Made by a program: the position numbers and the translations under genes | Assembly (NCBI GenBank): GCA_951406725.2 | Contig: OX597820.1 | Coordinates: forward strand, 68,448,001-68,512,000 | Direction: 5' to 3' | Origin: Octopus vulgaris | Lineage: Eukaryota | DNA: 64,000 nucleotides | The notes under the pieces: model-generated | The model's input: only the letters and a program-made list of their open reading frames with translations | The model's database searches: none | What the model was told of the DNA's origin: nothing | Part shown: piece after piece, positions 12,338-25,968 of the stretch | How the letters are laid out: the number at the start of each line of letters is the position of its first letter | Position numbering within the stretch: the first letter of the stretch is position 1

Positions 12338-15300
12338 CATGCATATAGATAGATAGGTATAAATAGGTAGTCGTTAAGGTGTTGCACTCGTGATCGCAAG
12401 TTCGTGTTTACTGTTTCCCGGACCCGAAGATATTTGTTTGAGGAAAACATTTCATTTCACGTTCTTCTGCGAACTGTACAGGTTATGTTGATATAACAAC
12501 ACTTCGCCGTTCACGATGCACTTTTTGCAATGACTCAGCCTTCAAATTTGCATTATCCCGCTGGCTAAGCGACGAACAAGCCAACACCACAACCCTCTGA
12601 TCGAAAGTGGGGTTGGAGTAACATGAAATGAAGTGTTTTGCTCAAGAATACCACTCACCACTCAGTCAAAGAATCGAAACCACAATCTAGCGATCCTTAA
12701 TGCAACAGTCTAACCCCTAGGCCACTAGCGATTAGGCTACTGACGGGAATTAAGCATCAAGTACCATCACTTCGGCATTGAATTACTGGTTTCTCAATCT
12801 TTCCTTTATCTCTGTGTTGAACCATATAAGCTTACCGAGTTTACATTCTACGTAGCTTTGTCAAGTTGGCAGTATAGAATTCACTCGATTCAAAATACTT
12901 TCTGTGGAATAGTGCTTTTTATTGGTTTTTAAATGGAAAACTCTATGCAAATACGGATCAGAAATTTTAAATAACTACTTGATTTACGAATAATGAAGAA
13001 TGAGTGGAGCAGATATTGAGGAGCTTCATGCATTTCACAGCATGGAGACAAGTGCTATGTTATCTCTCATTCTACTAGTTTCTTATTCCTGAATTTCTCA
13101 ACAAGCTTTAGTAATCTGTTTAGCATAATACCAGTATATCTAAGTATATCCATGTATCTGCAATGTTTATTAGTTTTATTAGCTTTTTTTTTTAGTTTTC
13201 TTCAAGCGTTTGTATCAGTGTCGACAGTTACGTGTAAAAATTTTATGAATCAGGTTAGTTATGTTCTTTATATTGTGAAATTAAATCTGTTTATAAGGAT
13301 ATTTCTAAATGTATATAAGGTATGTACATATGTGTAATGATTTATTTAAAGTTATCTAGGATATGTATAGGATAGGCCAATAAGATCCCGTATTACTGCA
13401 GCGTCAAATAGGCCATACGGAAATCAAATATATTCACACAGACATATATGTGTGTGTTACATAAATGGATTTACACACACGCACATACACGCTCACATGT
13501 ATAGACGCATATATATTTATACGGACACACGTACATATATATGTATATATGTGTGTGTATGTGTGTTTATGCTTGTATATATACACACACATCCAAACAC
13601 ACATACACATATACATTCATATACTTTCTCTTACTCACCCTCTCTCATGCACGTACATACACATACACACACACACTCTCTGTCTCATACACATACTCAC
13701 ACACACATATATATATATAATTCATATGTCGCATTAATGACAAAGCAACTCAGTTACTTTTTTGTTTCCTTAATGTCTGTGAAGTAACACAATAATAACA
13801 ACAACAACAACAACAATAGCATAGTTTAACTAACATTACTCTGAATACATCTTCCTTTATGAATGTACAAGTGCATAAGAAATATGGGTTAATTGTTAAT
13901 TACTTTTCCCTATTTGCTTCAGGTTATCTTGTAAAGATGTCCGGGTTTTAAATCGATTTTTCTCGTGATTAATTGGATGTTTTATGCACACAATTTTATA
14001 AGAACAATTCTGCTATTGAAAGAAAAAAAAAAAAAACAATAAGGAAAGGAATTTGCACATAAAAATGCACTAATTTTCTTCTGCTATTAGCCGGTATTTC
14101 TGTTATGTTGTTAATGATGTTAATCACTATAGATAAAATATTCTCCTTCATTTACTGACATCGATATCTCTAAAACAATATGAGTTTTGCTTTCTTTTCA
14201 TATTGTCACTGATTTCAGGGATCAGTACAAAAAAAAGAAAACACGTCTCTGAATACAGTTAATATAAAGTTTGCTTAAATTTTTGGTTCTCATTATGTAT
14301 AATATTATAATGTAATAAATATTTTATTTATGTATACAAATATAGACTTATACATACATTGATGGTTAAGTAATTGGCACGATACTAAAATTGGTTGTAG
14401 TTATAGAGACGCAATTTGACAATTCTGCTAATAATTGAAGTTTATTAAATGAAATGAGACGAATAGAAACAAGTCTTATTTGCTATGAACATGATTTTTC
14501 AGAGATGTTGAAGTATGACCGAACTGTTACAGAGAATTAGTTCTCCGCATAGAAAAACCTGAGAGGAATAAAAATTTATTTAAAAATAATACGCCACCGA
14601 AGAGCCTAACACAAATTAGGTGCTGCGTTTTTACCAGTTCAGTATGTATATTATTCAGTATTTTAATGATTCAGTTCTGTAATATAATAATTGACAAAAT
14701 TACCTACTCAACGGTAATATTAATTTAGGAACAATATAAACCTGCTTGTTAACACAAAAATTATTTATACAGTTCCTTTCGAATGCAGGACTTAATTGGC
14801 ACCATCAAGAATTTAAGTTGTAATTAGAAAATTTTTTAATAAAGACTCTGTAAAAGAAAATAGATAATGTTCCTTTACTTAACCCAAGTTGTTGTTGCGA
14901 ATTTTCGTTCTGATGCATCAGGTTCAAAGCAACGTCCATTGAGGCACTTATCTCTATTGTGCCTGTGGGAACATTTTGAAAGTTGAAACTTTCTTCACTC
15001 TTTACTTTATGTGAGACGGAGAATTATCTAGGATAGAAGACAGCAGATTACATTTGAGAGATCCCGAGTTCGTATCATGTTATATCATATGGATAAGACA
15101 CATCGATTTCAATACACTAAGCTAGAAGCAGATCAGAAAAAAATCACAACTGTGAGTTTTCCTACCTCATATAGCATCTAAATCGTTTTAGTTCCGATCT
15201 CAAAGCGTTGTACCGTAGACAGGTTTCTGTTACAATTGCCACAAACAACAAAAGCTTTATGGTAGAAAACTGAGAGATGGAAACTACGTGAAAGTCCCAT

Positions 15301-16034
15301 AGAACATTGTTTTCTAGATTTTCGTGGTAATTTTAATCCGTGCCCTTGTTTCACATCTCCACCTTATGCATGATTAATTTTATGTATTCGGGCAGGGATT
15401 TCTGTTTGAGAATAAATCCTTATTTTCCTCCTTGATACTTCCATTTGTCATGAGAAGTAATAATTGGTAAAGTCAAATGAGTTGTAATTCTCCTCTGTTA
15501 GCAGCGGCGACTTATTGCAGTTAGTGAAAAAAGCACTTTGCTTTCCAGGAGACATGGATAATATTGCTTCGGTGACGGCAGTGGAATGGAACAGGCAATC
15601 TGTTTTAAATATTCATCTTATTATGGCGGGTAGTTTGGGTAGCGATTTCTCTCATGCACTTAACACAAACAGGTCAGAAACAATAGCTTCATAAGCTTTC
15701 CTCAAGGGATTGACGCCGTGCTGACAATTATAGAATTGATGTTAGATTGTTCAGTTTCATACAAGGACCTATACAAGACCTATTGGTCCTTGAGTCAGTT
15801 TTGTTCTTTTCAGTGGATTACACACACACACACACGTAAGTATTTATACAGATATAAGTGGTAACTAAGAACTAAATGTTTCTAAACATTTTTTTATTTC
15901 CACTACGTATGGTCTGAATATCCTAACTAGCAACGCTGCTAAATACAGAAGTGAACTAACAGCTATCCTGAAAGCCAAATGGATAATGATAAACTACGTG
16001 GAGGAGCGCTAACTCATACAGATTCATGGGCACA

Positions 16035-16082
<48 letters not shown>

Positions 16083-16362
16083 TGTTGTGTAATATTTTAA
16101 TGCATTTTAATATTTTACTTTCAATTTCCATTTATTAATTATATTTTCTTTATTAATGACAATATGTATTTTAACCAAAGATTCGATGTAAGGTTTTTTC
16201 CTCGACTTTTATAATTTTATATATATTTTTTTTTTTGAGCTCATTTTTGTTTATCGCTCGAAATTGACCGTTATTTGAAAGAACCAATCAAACAAGTCCA
16301 TTTTTAAAGGTGTAGCGTTTATACTAGTCTTGATAGAATTGACATATCGGTTCTATTCTAGC

Positions 16363-16410
16363 AAAAACTGTCCGACGAACGGGAACGTGAAACTCAGAGT
16401 AACAGGTTTT
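16363..16410 (+). ncRNA. Putative minimal type I hammerhead ribozyme (U4C core variant)
   Basis: aaaaaCTGT-CCGACGA-ACG ggaa CGT-GAAA-CTC a GAG-TA-ACAGgtttt. All three stems pair, with a GUA cleavage triplet at 16399-16401. Confidence 0.75.
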
Positions 16411-16508
16411 GTTGAATTTTCTGCTGCTTTTAAATAAAGCATATTACTCTACCACTGGTATTTGAGTAATCTTTTTTCCACCTTGTTTCACATTTATGTG
16501 TTTACTCC

Positions 16509-16565
<57 letters not shown>

Positions 16566-17014
16566 TCATACTTAGAGATATATGTATGCACATAGGTAGA
16601 TATGTTTGTATGTATATATATAATTCTATATCTAGCTTTAGACGCTTATCAACGATGAAGATGAGAAAAAACCATGACCAAAAGTAATGGTGACATCAGT
16701 AAACTTGTTGAACTTTTGTTTCTTCTTTTGTTTCAAATAATTGCTCTTAAAAAAAGTATACGAAAATATTTTGTGCAGATGTTAACATCACTTGTTTGAT
16801 ATCTGATGCAAGTATCTTCGTTTTTCAAACAAATCCTTCAATAAAGCTGAGTTTTTTTAACTTTATTGATAAAATTTATGAAGAAATTTTACTAATTCAT
16901 TTAACAATAGTGACATTTGTGCCAATGAGGAGATAATATACATTCACATTGATTTTGCTTACATACGTTCATGCAAACATACATGCAATCATAATACAAA
17001 TATACATGCATAAT

Positions 17015-17087
<73 letters not shown>

Positions 17088-18382
17088 TATATATACATAT
17101 ATACGTGTATATATGTATATATGTATACATACACACACGTATATAGTTATTTCCTATGCATAGTTCAAGCTAGTCTCCCATAAATTTCTGTCTGATTACC
17201 TACACCCACAGGTAATTATTATATCTATATAATATTCCACGAAAAAAAAAAAGATATATTTCACTTCTTTGCATTGTGCATCTATATTGCTCTCTTTAAT
17301 TTTCATCTTGATTTGCTCAATTTATCATTTCATACTGTTTATTTTATGCAAACTTTTATTTTCTACTATCTTAAACATCTTCCTTCATGCCGTTGTTTAT
17401 TTCTTTATATATCTTATATTTAAGCATCATATTCTTTGAAGTTTCGTTTCTTTATTCTTAATAATTATTATTGCTTTATATTTCTCCATCAGCTGTAGTA
17501 TTTTATTTATTTTTCGTTAGATTCTCCCTTTCCCTCACATATCTGTTTTTTTTTCCCTTTCCATCTCTGTTTCTGTAAAAGCTTCTATTAAAGACCCCTT
17601 TCTTGTTCCTCCTTGTATTTCTTTATCTGTCTCAAACCATTTTTAAATCAATCTCTTTTTCTTTTTCCCTCTCTTTTTCTCTCACCCATTACCCTCTCTT
17701 TGCCACCCCTTCTCTGAACTTCACACAAAATCCACGCCTTTCCACCGTTTTTAGTCTATCCTTAAAAAACAAAAAAACACAAAAAAACCCACAGTTAAAT
17801 GAAAGATATTAGCGAAATGTTTATGATGAATACGGCTGCTGTTGAATTAGGCGACATATTACAATGATAGCAATGAGAAAGCATCGCCCCAATGGTACCT
17901 CTTAGTCAGAAGATTTTCTTTTCCCTATTTTACTAATTTTTTTTCCTGTATATTTTTGTTCCAAACAACCGGTTTCGCAGTTCTAAGTCACGCCTCTTCT
18001 GTTTCGAGGAGAAACAAGAACAGTTGAAATTTAAACAACCCTCGACTTGTTGTGATCGAGAACGTTGTAGAGGGGCGATCCTCTGCTCTATAATCAGTCA
18101 CCTTTTAAGTCGTTATTACATCGGAAAAGAGTTGTGAAGCTTAGCTGGTTGAATAGCAAGACTGTGATTATCTCGTCAGCGCAGAGGAAAGGGGTGATTA
18201 GAGGAAACGGAGGCGGAGGTAAAGATTTGATATAAGAGCCGAATCATAACATAGAAGGAAAAACGCTCTTATTTAGCAGAACAGAAACACCAGTAACCAA
18301 TGACAATGGGTAGTAACTGGTGACGTCAATAATAGTTGATGTAATCATTACTCTGCTAAAGTCTATTTAACGATCAGACCTG

Positions 18383-18460
<78 letters not shown>

Positions 18461-18716
18461 CTGTATGCATATGTCTGTATGTGTGCATGAATGTATGTTC
18501 ATACGTAATTATGAATACGTATTTATGTATGTATATATGTATGATACTTGCAAACATTCATTTCTGGAGGCAACAAGCCTATAAGTGTGTTCTTAATTGA
18601 GTGAAAATTGATAATATATATGTATGCGTATGAATCGCTATGATTAATTTTTCAAAGAAAGAGAAACGTCTATGTAAAGAATTGGTTACATTTGAACAAT
18701 AAGAAGAGAAAATGGA

Positions 18717-18782
18717 GAAGAAGAAGAAGAAGAAGAAGAAGAAGAAGAAGAAGAAGAAGAAGAAGAAGAAGAAGAAGAAGAA
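18717..18782. repeat. (AAG)n microsatellite
   Basis: Direct reading. A (TTC)n tract lies at 36305-36378. Confidence 0.95.
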
Positions 18783-20165
18783 AACATAGGGAGGACTTAC
18801 TGCAATATGAGATAAATATATATGTTGCCTGTTAGTTTCCTGTGTTAACAGTAGATATTTGAATTATTCAATTATTATTAAATTGTTAAATAAATACACA
18901 TTCCTACCCATGGGATGTCTGTTGTCAAACATCCTAAAACACAATGCTATCACCACCACCACGACCACTATCCTCATCTTTGATGTTAGTGGCAGCAGCA
19001 GTAGAGGCAGCAGCAGTGGCAGCAGCAGTAGTAGTTGCAGTATGAATTGTACCATTGTTATTAACCACCACTTTCCTCTGTACCAGTTGTCACCAACTAA
19101 ACATATTTTGCCTCTTATTTCAACACATTGCCTATACGAACTGACATTTGTCAAAAATTTTCTGTTCTTTCGCTTCCTCCTCATTATCTTCATCAACACT
19201 TCCAACGTCATCACCATTCTTCTCCCCATCCCTCCCCTTCATCGTAAATATTATTATTTTTGTTGCTTAGTCACTACTAAGTACTGATAGAATATGCTTT
19301 TGTTCAACGCATTGCAATTCCGATCATCCTATTATATTTTAGTCAAAGTGTATCAAAGACTACAATTTCATATGTACTTTCTTTTTATTTTTATAAAGAC
19401 AGTTGATTGAACAACTAGAAATGTAGAATTACATGATTGTTTTAGGTGCAGGAGTGAATGTTTTGCGCCGTTTACCTGCCTTCTTCGTCCCTACATATTC
19501 AAATCCCAACAAGATAACATTTTACTTTACAATTCTCTCTCTCAAATCATCCGTTCTCATTCCATTGATAGTAGATTTGCAGCAACTTTACAGCGTCGGA
19601 CAAAAAGCTTTACAATACATAGTGGATAACAGGATATTTACCTTGCAATCAGCAGAATCGAGATTTTCCTGACCGAAGGTTTTAGCAAAATACTTTACTC
19701 ACCCCTAGAACAAGCGGATTGAAATAATAGAAAGAACTGGATTTAACAAATCAAAATAATCTTACAGAAAGATTGACATTTTTTCCTGACGCCACCCCCC
19801 ACACTCATGTTGTCGAAGTCGGTCGTGGATGTTGCTGTCTGGCCTTCAGTTGTTGTCCGTTGCCTTTTCTTATTCCTTCTCTTTCAAACAATATAAAGTT
19901 ATTGTTTATGTTTTGTCGATCGTCTCAAAGCTTGTCTGCTGCAGAGTTGACATAAGGAGACCTTTGTAGCGTTGAAGAGCACGGTTTGTCTTTCCCTAGT
20001 TGCCAGATCGCCGACGTTATTTGACAAGGAAGTCATTCATCGCTCATCATGGCCGGCCCATCGAAAACAATGTCTAACAAATAGGGATTTGACGGTGTGG
20101 ATATTCGCTTTTTCAATCACAGAGTTATTGGAGACATAGACAAATTACTTGATGTTCACGACAGA

Positions 20166-20237
<72 letters not shown>

Positions 20238-20459
20238 AGATCCAATTGATAAAAGAGTTCGAATTACTGATGTCTGCTTAGCGAAGGCATCTGGATTATG
20301 TATAACTGCTCTCAGGTCAGCTCGATATCTATGTGCATATATTGGCTATGAATATGAACCTTTATATTAACTTCAATTATCTTTTCAACCTGATGCAAGT
20401 GTCTCTGCACGACCTCACAAACCCTGCAGATATGCAGGCTGCATGAAACACCCGACTCC

Positions 20460-21070
20460 TTCCCAGACAGAGCTTTCATAAAGCTGATTGGTAGGGTATT
20501 CAAAAAGACGTTATGGAAGAAAACTGGTCAACAAGTTTCTCTACGCAAGATATTGACATAAAGCCATAGCATTTAATGACAATCATGAATGACTAATGCA
20601 GTAAGTTTGCTTTAGAAAAAATATAAAAAACAAAAAGACAACTCTCATGTATAAGAAGATTAAATGAGACGACGAACAAAGATCTCAAACTGTCCAAGTG
20701 GGCAACTAAAGGAGAACGAAGGATCTTATCTCAGGCATAACTTGCTTGAGATTAAAAATGAACTCAATCACGCCCGTGAAAAGCAAAGGGCAGAGAAAGA
20801 ACCCATGGCTACAAAAATGTAATGACAAAACCGAAAACCTTCAATATATTTGCAAAAGAGTGCAATATAGGGCCACTGTTCGAAAGAAAATGGCTCAACG
20901 ACTGTAGACCTTCAGATGGTAGTGAAATCCCGAAGTTGCAATAGAAAATTGTTTTCACAACTTCGCTGAGACACTTGAAATATTCGGCGAGAGCTACTGT
21001 TTCTTTTTCAAGGCCGACACATGTGAGTGAATGTGACAAGAGACAACCCCAAGCAATCAAGGCGCTGTAA
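20460..21070 (+). mobile_element. Ancient, heavily decayed fragment of the same LINE (endonuclease-RT linker)
   Basis: Colinear nucleotide similarity: ctttcataaagc (20474 vs 50921), atgagacgacgaacaaagat (20664 vs 51123), tttgcaaaagag and atagggccactgttc...atggctc (20850-20897 vs 51309-51370). No ORF remains. Confidence 0.7.
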
Positions 21071-21635
21071 ATTTAATCTGTCAAGTGGTAGAGTGGACAA
21101 AAGTTGTTTGTCTGTAGTCCATTTGCCGCATGGGTATGAACTGTAGGTAAGTATGTATGAAATCTTGTTCTCCACTAAATTCGTACATCAGTGTCATGCA
21201 AGTAAGAGTCACGAATGTGAGCAAAGTTTAGGTTTTTGGCTGAGTAAATAATTTCTTGCGCAAAAATATTGTCATATGACATTTAACACAGACGTAGCGA
21301 GGAACTTACAAACATGTCTAAGACTAACCACGTCATCATCCTTTGCCAGTAAAAATGTATCCTTTGCAGATACTAGTTTCAGCCATGTTCTATCCATAAA
21401 AAATAACGAGAGAATTTTCAAACTCCGGTCGAAAGCAATATAGTCGCGGCATAGCATCACGTCTTTGAACCTGATATAACTTTTCAAAATCCGCAACGTA
21501 TGTGTGACCGCAAAATATATGAACCAAAATAAAAGATTCTCAGTTCATTTTCAGCACCTTTCTTCTATATTTCTACCCGTGCAGAATAATATATATATAT
21601 ATATATGTAAATGTAATATGTGACAATTATTCGGT

Positions 21636-21706
21636 AGCCATGCTAAAACTCTGAGTTTCGGATGCCGAAGTGGAAATCCACGCGCTATCTCTTCAGTTAT
21701 CCGGCC
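21636..21706 (-). ncRNA. Putative type I hammerhead ribozyme
   Basis: The minus strand reads ggccggaTAA-CTGAAGA-GAT...(gtgga tt tccac)...ATCC-GAAA-CTC a GAG-TT-TTAgcatggct. It has a canonical core and the same stem III as the 16363 motif. Confidence 0.65.
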
Positions 21707-21809
21707 ATTGCAAACAATGCTATGAAAATTCGATTACATTTACAGGTAAATTCCTCTATTTACATAATGTCGAGGCCTCCTTCATTATTTTTTTGTCTTA
21801 CCATTTTTA

Positions 21810-21849
<40 letters not shown>

Positions 21850-21856
21850 CACACAC

Positions 21857-21903
<47 letters not shown>

Positions 21904-21989
21904 TGTGCCTGTATGTATGTGTGTGAATGTTTGGACAATTATATAATAACTGACGGAAAGCTAGATATATCTTTTTATATGCATGTAGT

Positions 21990-22365
21990 ATACTCTTTAC
22001 TCTTTTACTTGTTTCAGTTATTTGACTGTGGCCAATGCTGAAGCACCGCCTTTAGTCGAACAAATCAACCCCAGGACTTATTCGTTGCAAGATTAGTATT
22101 TATTCTATGGACTTCTTTAGGTCGAACTGATAAGTTACGGGGACTTAAACACATCAACACACCAAGTAATGATGGGGGTAGGGGTGGACAAGCAGAGATA
22201 CACAAGCACATATATACGACTAGCTTCATTCAGTTTCCGTCCACTCGAAAGGCTTTGGTCGGCCCGACGCTATGCTAGAAGACACCCAAGTTGCCACGCA
22301 GTGAGACCGAACCCAGAACCAAGTGGTTGATAAGCAAGCTTCTTACCACACAGCCACTCCTGTGT
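21990..22365 (-). mobile_element. SINE-A, diverged
   Basis: Tail tactctttactcttttacttgtttcag and head cttaccacacagccactcctg. Confidence 0.85.
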
Positions 22366-22553
22366 ATAAATTTTCATTGATTTATTCATATATATATAAC
22401 ACCCCCATAAACGAAAGACATGCACAGACTTACATGTACACTTACATATATAAATGCCAAGAAGAAAGCTCACGTGCACACATACAAATACACTAGATAT
22501 ATAAACAATCCTATATATCTTTATTCCTCTCTCACCCGCTTTCTTCGTTAGTG

Positions 22554-22605
<52 letters not shown>

Positions 22606-22700
22606 CATATGTATATACATATGTATATACATATACATATATATATATTTATATTTATATATATATACATATACATATATATATACATATATATACATAC

Positions 22701-22747
<47 letters not shown>

Positions 22748-23662
22748 TATATGTTCGAAAACAGAGTTTCTACTGTATATATTTATATGCATGCAGGTGT
22801 ATCTATATGTAAACATATGTGTAAGTGTATGACTATATGTGTGTGTGTGCATGTGTGTGTGTACGTGTGTATGTGCGGGTGCATGTGTGTCTGTATGTGT
22901 TGGTCAGTTTGAGACATCTACTAAGTTGAATTACGAACTCACTGCTCTTGTGATTTTGCTAGTGAATTTTACAAATTATGATATTTTATTTAAACAAATT
23001 GACTGATCTCCATTTTAATGTTCAACCGCTAAACACACACACACACAGACACACACACACACGCACGCACACACACTTACTCATACACACGTCCAATCAC
23101 ACTAGCATGTATATGTGTATGCTACATATATCTGCCTGCTCTTGTTTACATATAGATTTCAATTTCATTCAGTTTTTCCTTCTATTTTATATGTTAAATA
23201 TTTTTTTGTCGACGTCCTTTAAAACCAACTCCTCCTGATGCATTTACCATTATATATCGCAGTTAAGAGCATTTACAATACAATGTTAATGTATGTACAT
23301 TAAATTTCATACATCAAAGATGTTCTTTTACTGCCTTCTTGTATTCTTTCCCTTTATTCTTCTTTTATCGCTATTGTTTTGTCTTGTTCTTTTTTTTTCA
23401 TCTAGATTATCTATTTACAAGGTTTGTTTCTTTTCTTAATTAAAAACCTCTCTGTTCTTGATTATTTTAGATTCTATTTTAGCTTGTAGTTTTTTCTGTT
23501 TTTCAATATTTGATTATAACACATCTAAAGTATTAGAAATACAACTGAACATGATTTAATCAACACAATGAACATAATGACCACGTTGTGCTGGGAAACC
23601 GACCAAAAGAAAAAGAAAAGTAATGTACACACATATGTATGTATGCATGTATGTACGTATGT

Positions 23663-23721
<59 letters not shown>

Positions 23722-23783
23722 GAGAGCGAGAGAAAGAGATAGATAAATAGATATATATACGTCTATCCGTGTGTGTGTCTATG

Positions 23784-23822
<39 letters not shown>

Positions 23823-23859
23823 AAAGGAATACATATATAATACATATATGCATACAACG

Positions 23860-23919
<60 letters not shown>

Positions 23920-25784
23920 TTGTGTGTGTGTGTGTTTATATGTATATGCACTTGTTTGTATGCAACATAGTTTGGTGTGAATGACAGACCTTATGACATG
24001 GAAAACTGGTCTTTGGCGGGTGGTCGCCCGTAGCTAGGGGCTCAAAGAATCAAATAAAATCTAGGACAACCTTTAACTGGAAATAAACGTCAAGAGCGAA
24101 AATAAATATATGTAAAAAGAAAGAAACTAAACAAAGAAAAAATATAAAGAAATAATAGCAATGGTTCCATAGCTCTTTTGAGTAATTGGAAAGTAAAGCA
24201 ACATTGAACGGAGGTATCGAGTATTAGTGTGGCCAGAGCTGAGAAATTGCTATAATTATTTTCTTCGCAACTAATTGTTTTTTCCTTCTTCTATTACGCA
24301 TTTTTTCTAATGCACAATCCTCTGGGCTATAGGCTTGGAAATATTTTGCTGAGGACAGTACATCGTTACTGTTCGGACGAGAGCAATAGTGGACGTTAGG
24401 ATTCATTAATTTCATCAGAAAGTAATTTTTTTTACGTAAATACATATGTTTAAATGTATGTGATGTGTATGTTGAATGTCTGTGGTGGGAAAACCATATG
24501 GAACTCTCGTCTTAGTCGCTATTTATATCAAACGGATGGAAGCCTTTATTTAAGTGCAATGTGTTCTCTATTTCACATTAGTTAATGCTTTTATTAAGTT
24601 CGTTTTTTTTTGTTATCTTTTGTTCCATACTTCTTTTAAAATTATGAATGCTTTTGTTTCGACTTGACTCCTTACTGTAACGATGCATTTGCAGTAAAAG
24701 AAAATAAAAAAAATTTTTTAAAAGACAAGAAGGGAAACATTTCTAGATTCATAAGAATTGTCTAATGTTGTGCTTACAAAGAAGAAAGATGTAAAATATT
24801 TGAGAATAGGTTAAACATTTGTAAAATAGTATCCCAGAAGATGTATTTAGCATATCTCGAATAATGAACTGTATAAAATACTTTAGTACAGAAAGAAATG
24901 TATAATATTCATGAAACTCTTCCAGTGCAAAGTACATTTTTAAGCGACATCAACCTACTTTGGAATTCGATTTGCGAATTAAATTCATCGAAAAACTTAT
25001 AGCTATTTTCCGAGTCACCACATGGCTCAGGCGTTCTAAAAGTAGAAATTGTGTGCTATTCAATCAGGATAAGAGGAATATTGAGTAAAATAAGCGTCCA
25101 TGTCATTCCAAAAGAATGTTAAGGAAAACCTACATTTGTTAATGATTTCGCTACTTACAAATATCTGTTAATGTCTGGGATATTTATAAATTTCAGAATT
25201 GCTATACATTTGAAATTCTAAAACAGGAAACAAAATATATAGGAATGTATACACAGAAATATCTGACAGTAATTTTGTTAAATCTTAGTATAATAGAATA
25301 TCGCTGCTTTCGTATATAAAAACTTACTTTTTTTGTGTGTTATTGAATTTCATTGTATGGAAACAAAGCTGATATGACTGAAGGAAAATTTCATATAAAT
25401 GATATATACACTGGATCCATAGTCAATAATTCGATACGCTTTAAATCGTTGAATAGCAAATCTTGTGATATTCGTTTCCGTGTTTTGTGTTCAGGGTTCA
25501 AATCACTGTCACTTCCTACCACTCGAAGTCGAAACAAATGGAAACATCCACGGTTTCGGGTGATTCTTTTTTGTCTTTTATCCATCTCTTTCTCTCTGGA
25601 AAAGAAAACCACGTATATTCAGATTTCAAATAGATCGAACTCGTTATGTGTTTAAAATGCCCACGAAACTCCGTATGTTTCAATTTTTATTGGATAAAGG
25701 TTAACATGAATAATACATTATTTTAAATGATATAAATTCATATTTATTCATATTCCTTCTTTGTAATAAATATTGCAATTTACG

Positions 25785-25968
25785 CAGGGCAAAATGCTTA
25801 GTAGCATTCGTCCGTCTCTACGTTCTGAGTTCAAATTCCGCCAAGGTGGACTTTGCCTTTCATCTTTTCGGGGTTGATAAAATAAGTGCTAGTTAAGCAC
25901 TGGACTCAGTGTAACCGACTTAGCCTGTTCCCCGAAAATGCTAGTCATGTGCCAACATTTGAAACCAA
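25785..25968 (+). mobile_element. SINE-B, alternative tail, 5'-truncated
   Basis: ctacgttctgagttcaaattccgccaaggtggactttgcctttcatcttttcggggttgataaaataagt. Confidence 0.82.

Noticed and set aside
17960-18010. Minus-strand hammerhead look-alike (cagaaga...gaaaccggtt)
   Set aside because: The core is defective, stem II does not pair and the stem I register is inconsistent.
21118-21152. Possible micro-exon ending in TAG|GTAAGT, plus other isolated donor/acceptor-like sites (18798-, 26137+, 56907+)
   Set aside because: There is no coherent reading frame or partner exons, and such motifs are frequent by chance in AT-rich DNA.
24224-24445. 73-aa non-repetitive minus-strand ORF
   Set aside because: No recognisable domain or splice support, and its length is within chance expectation.
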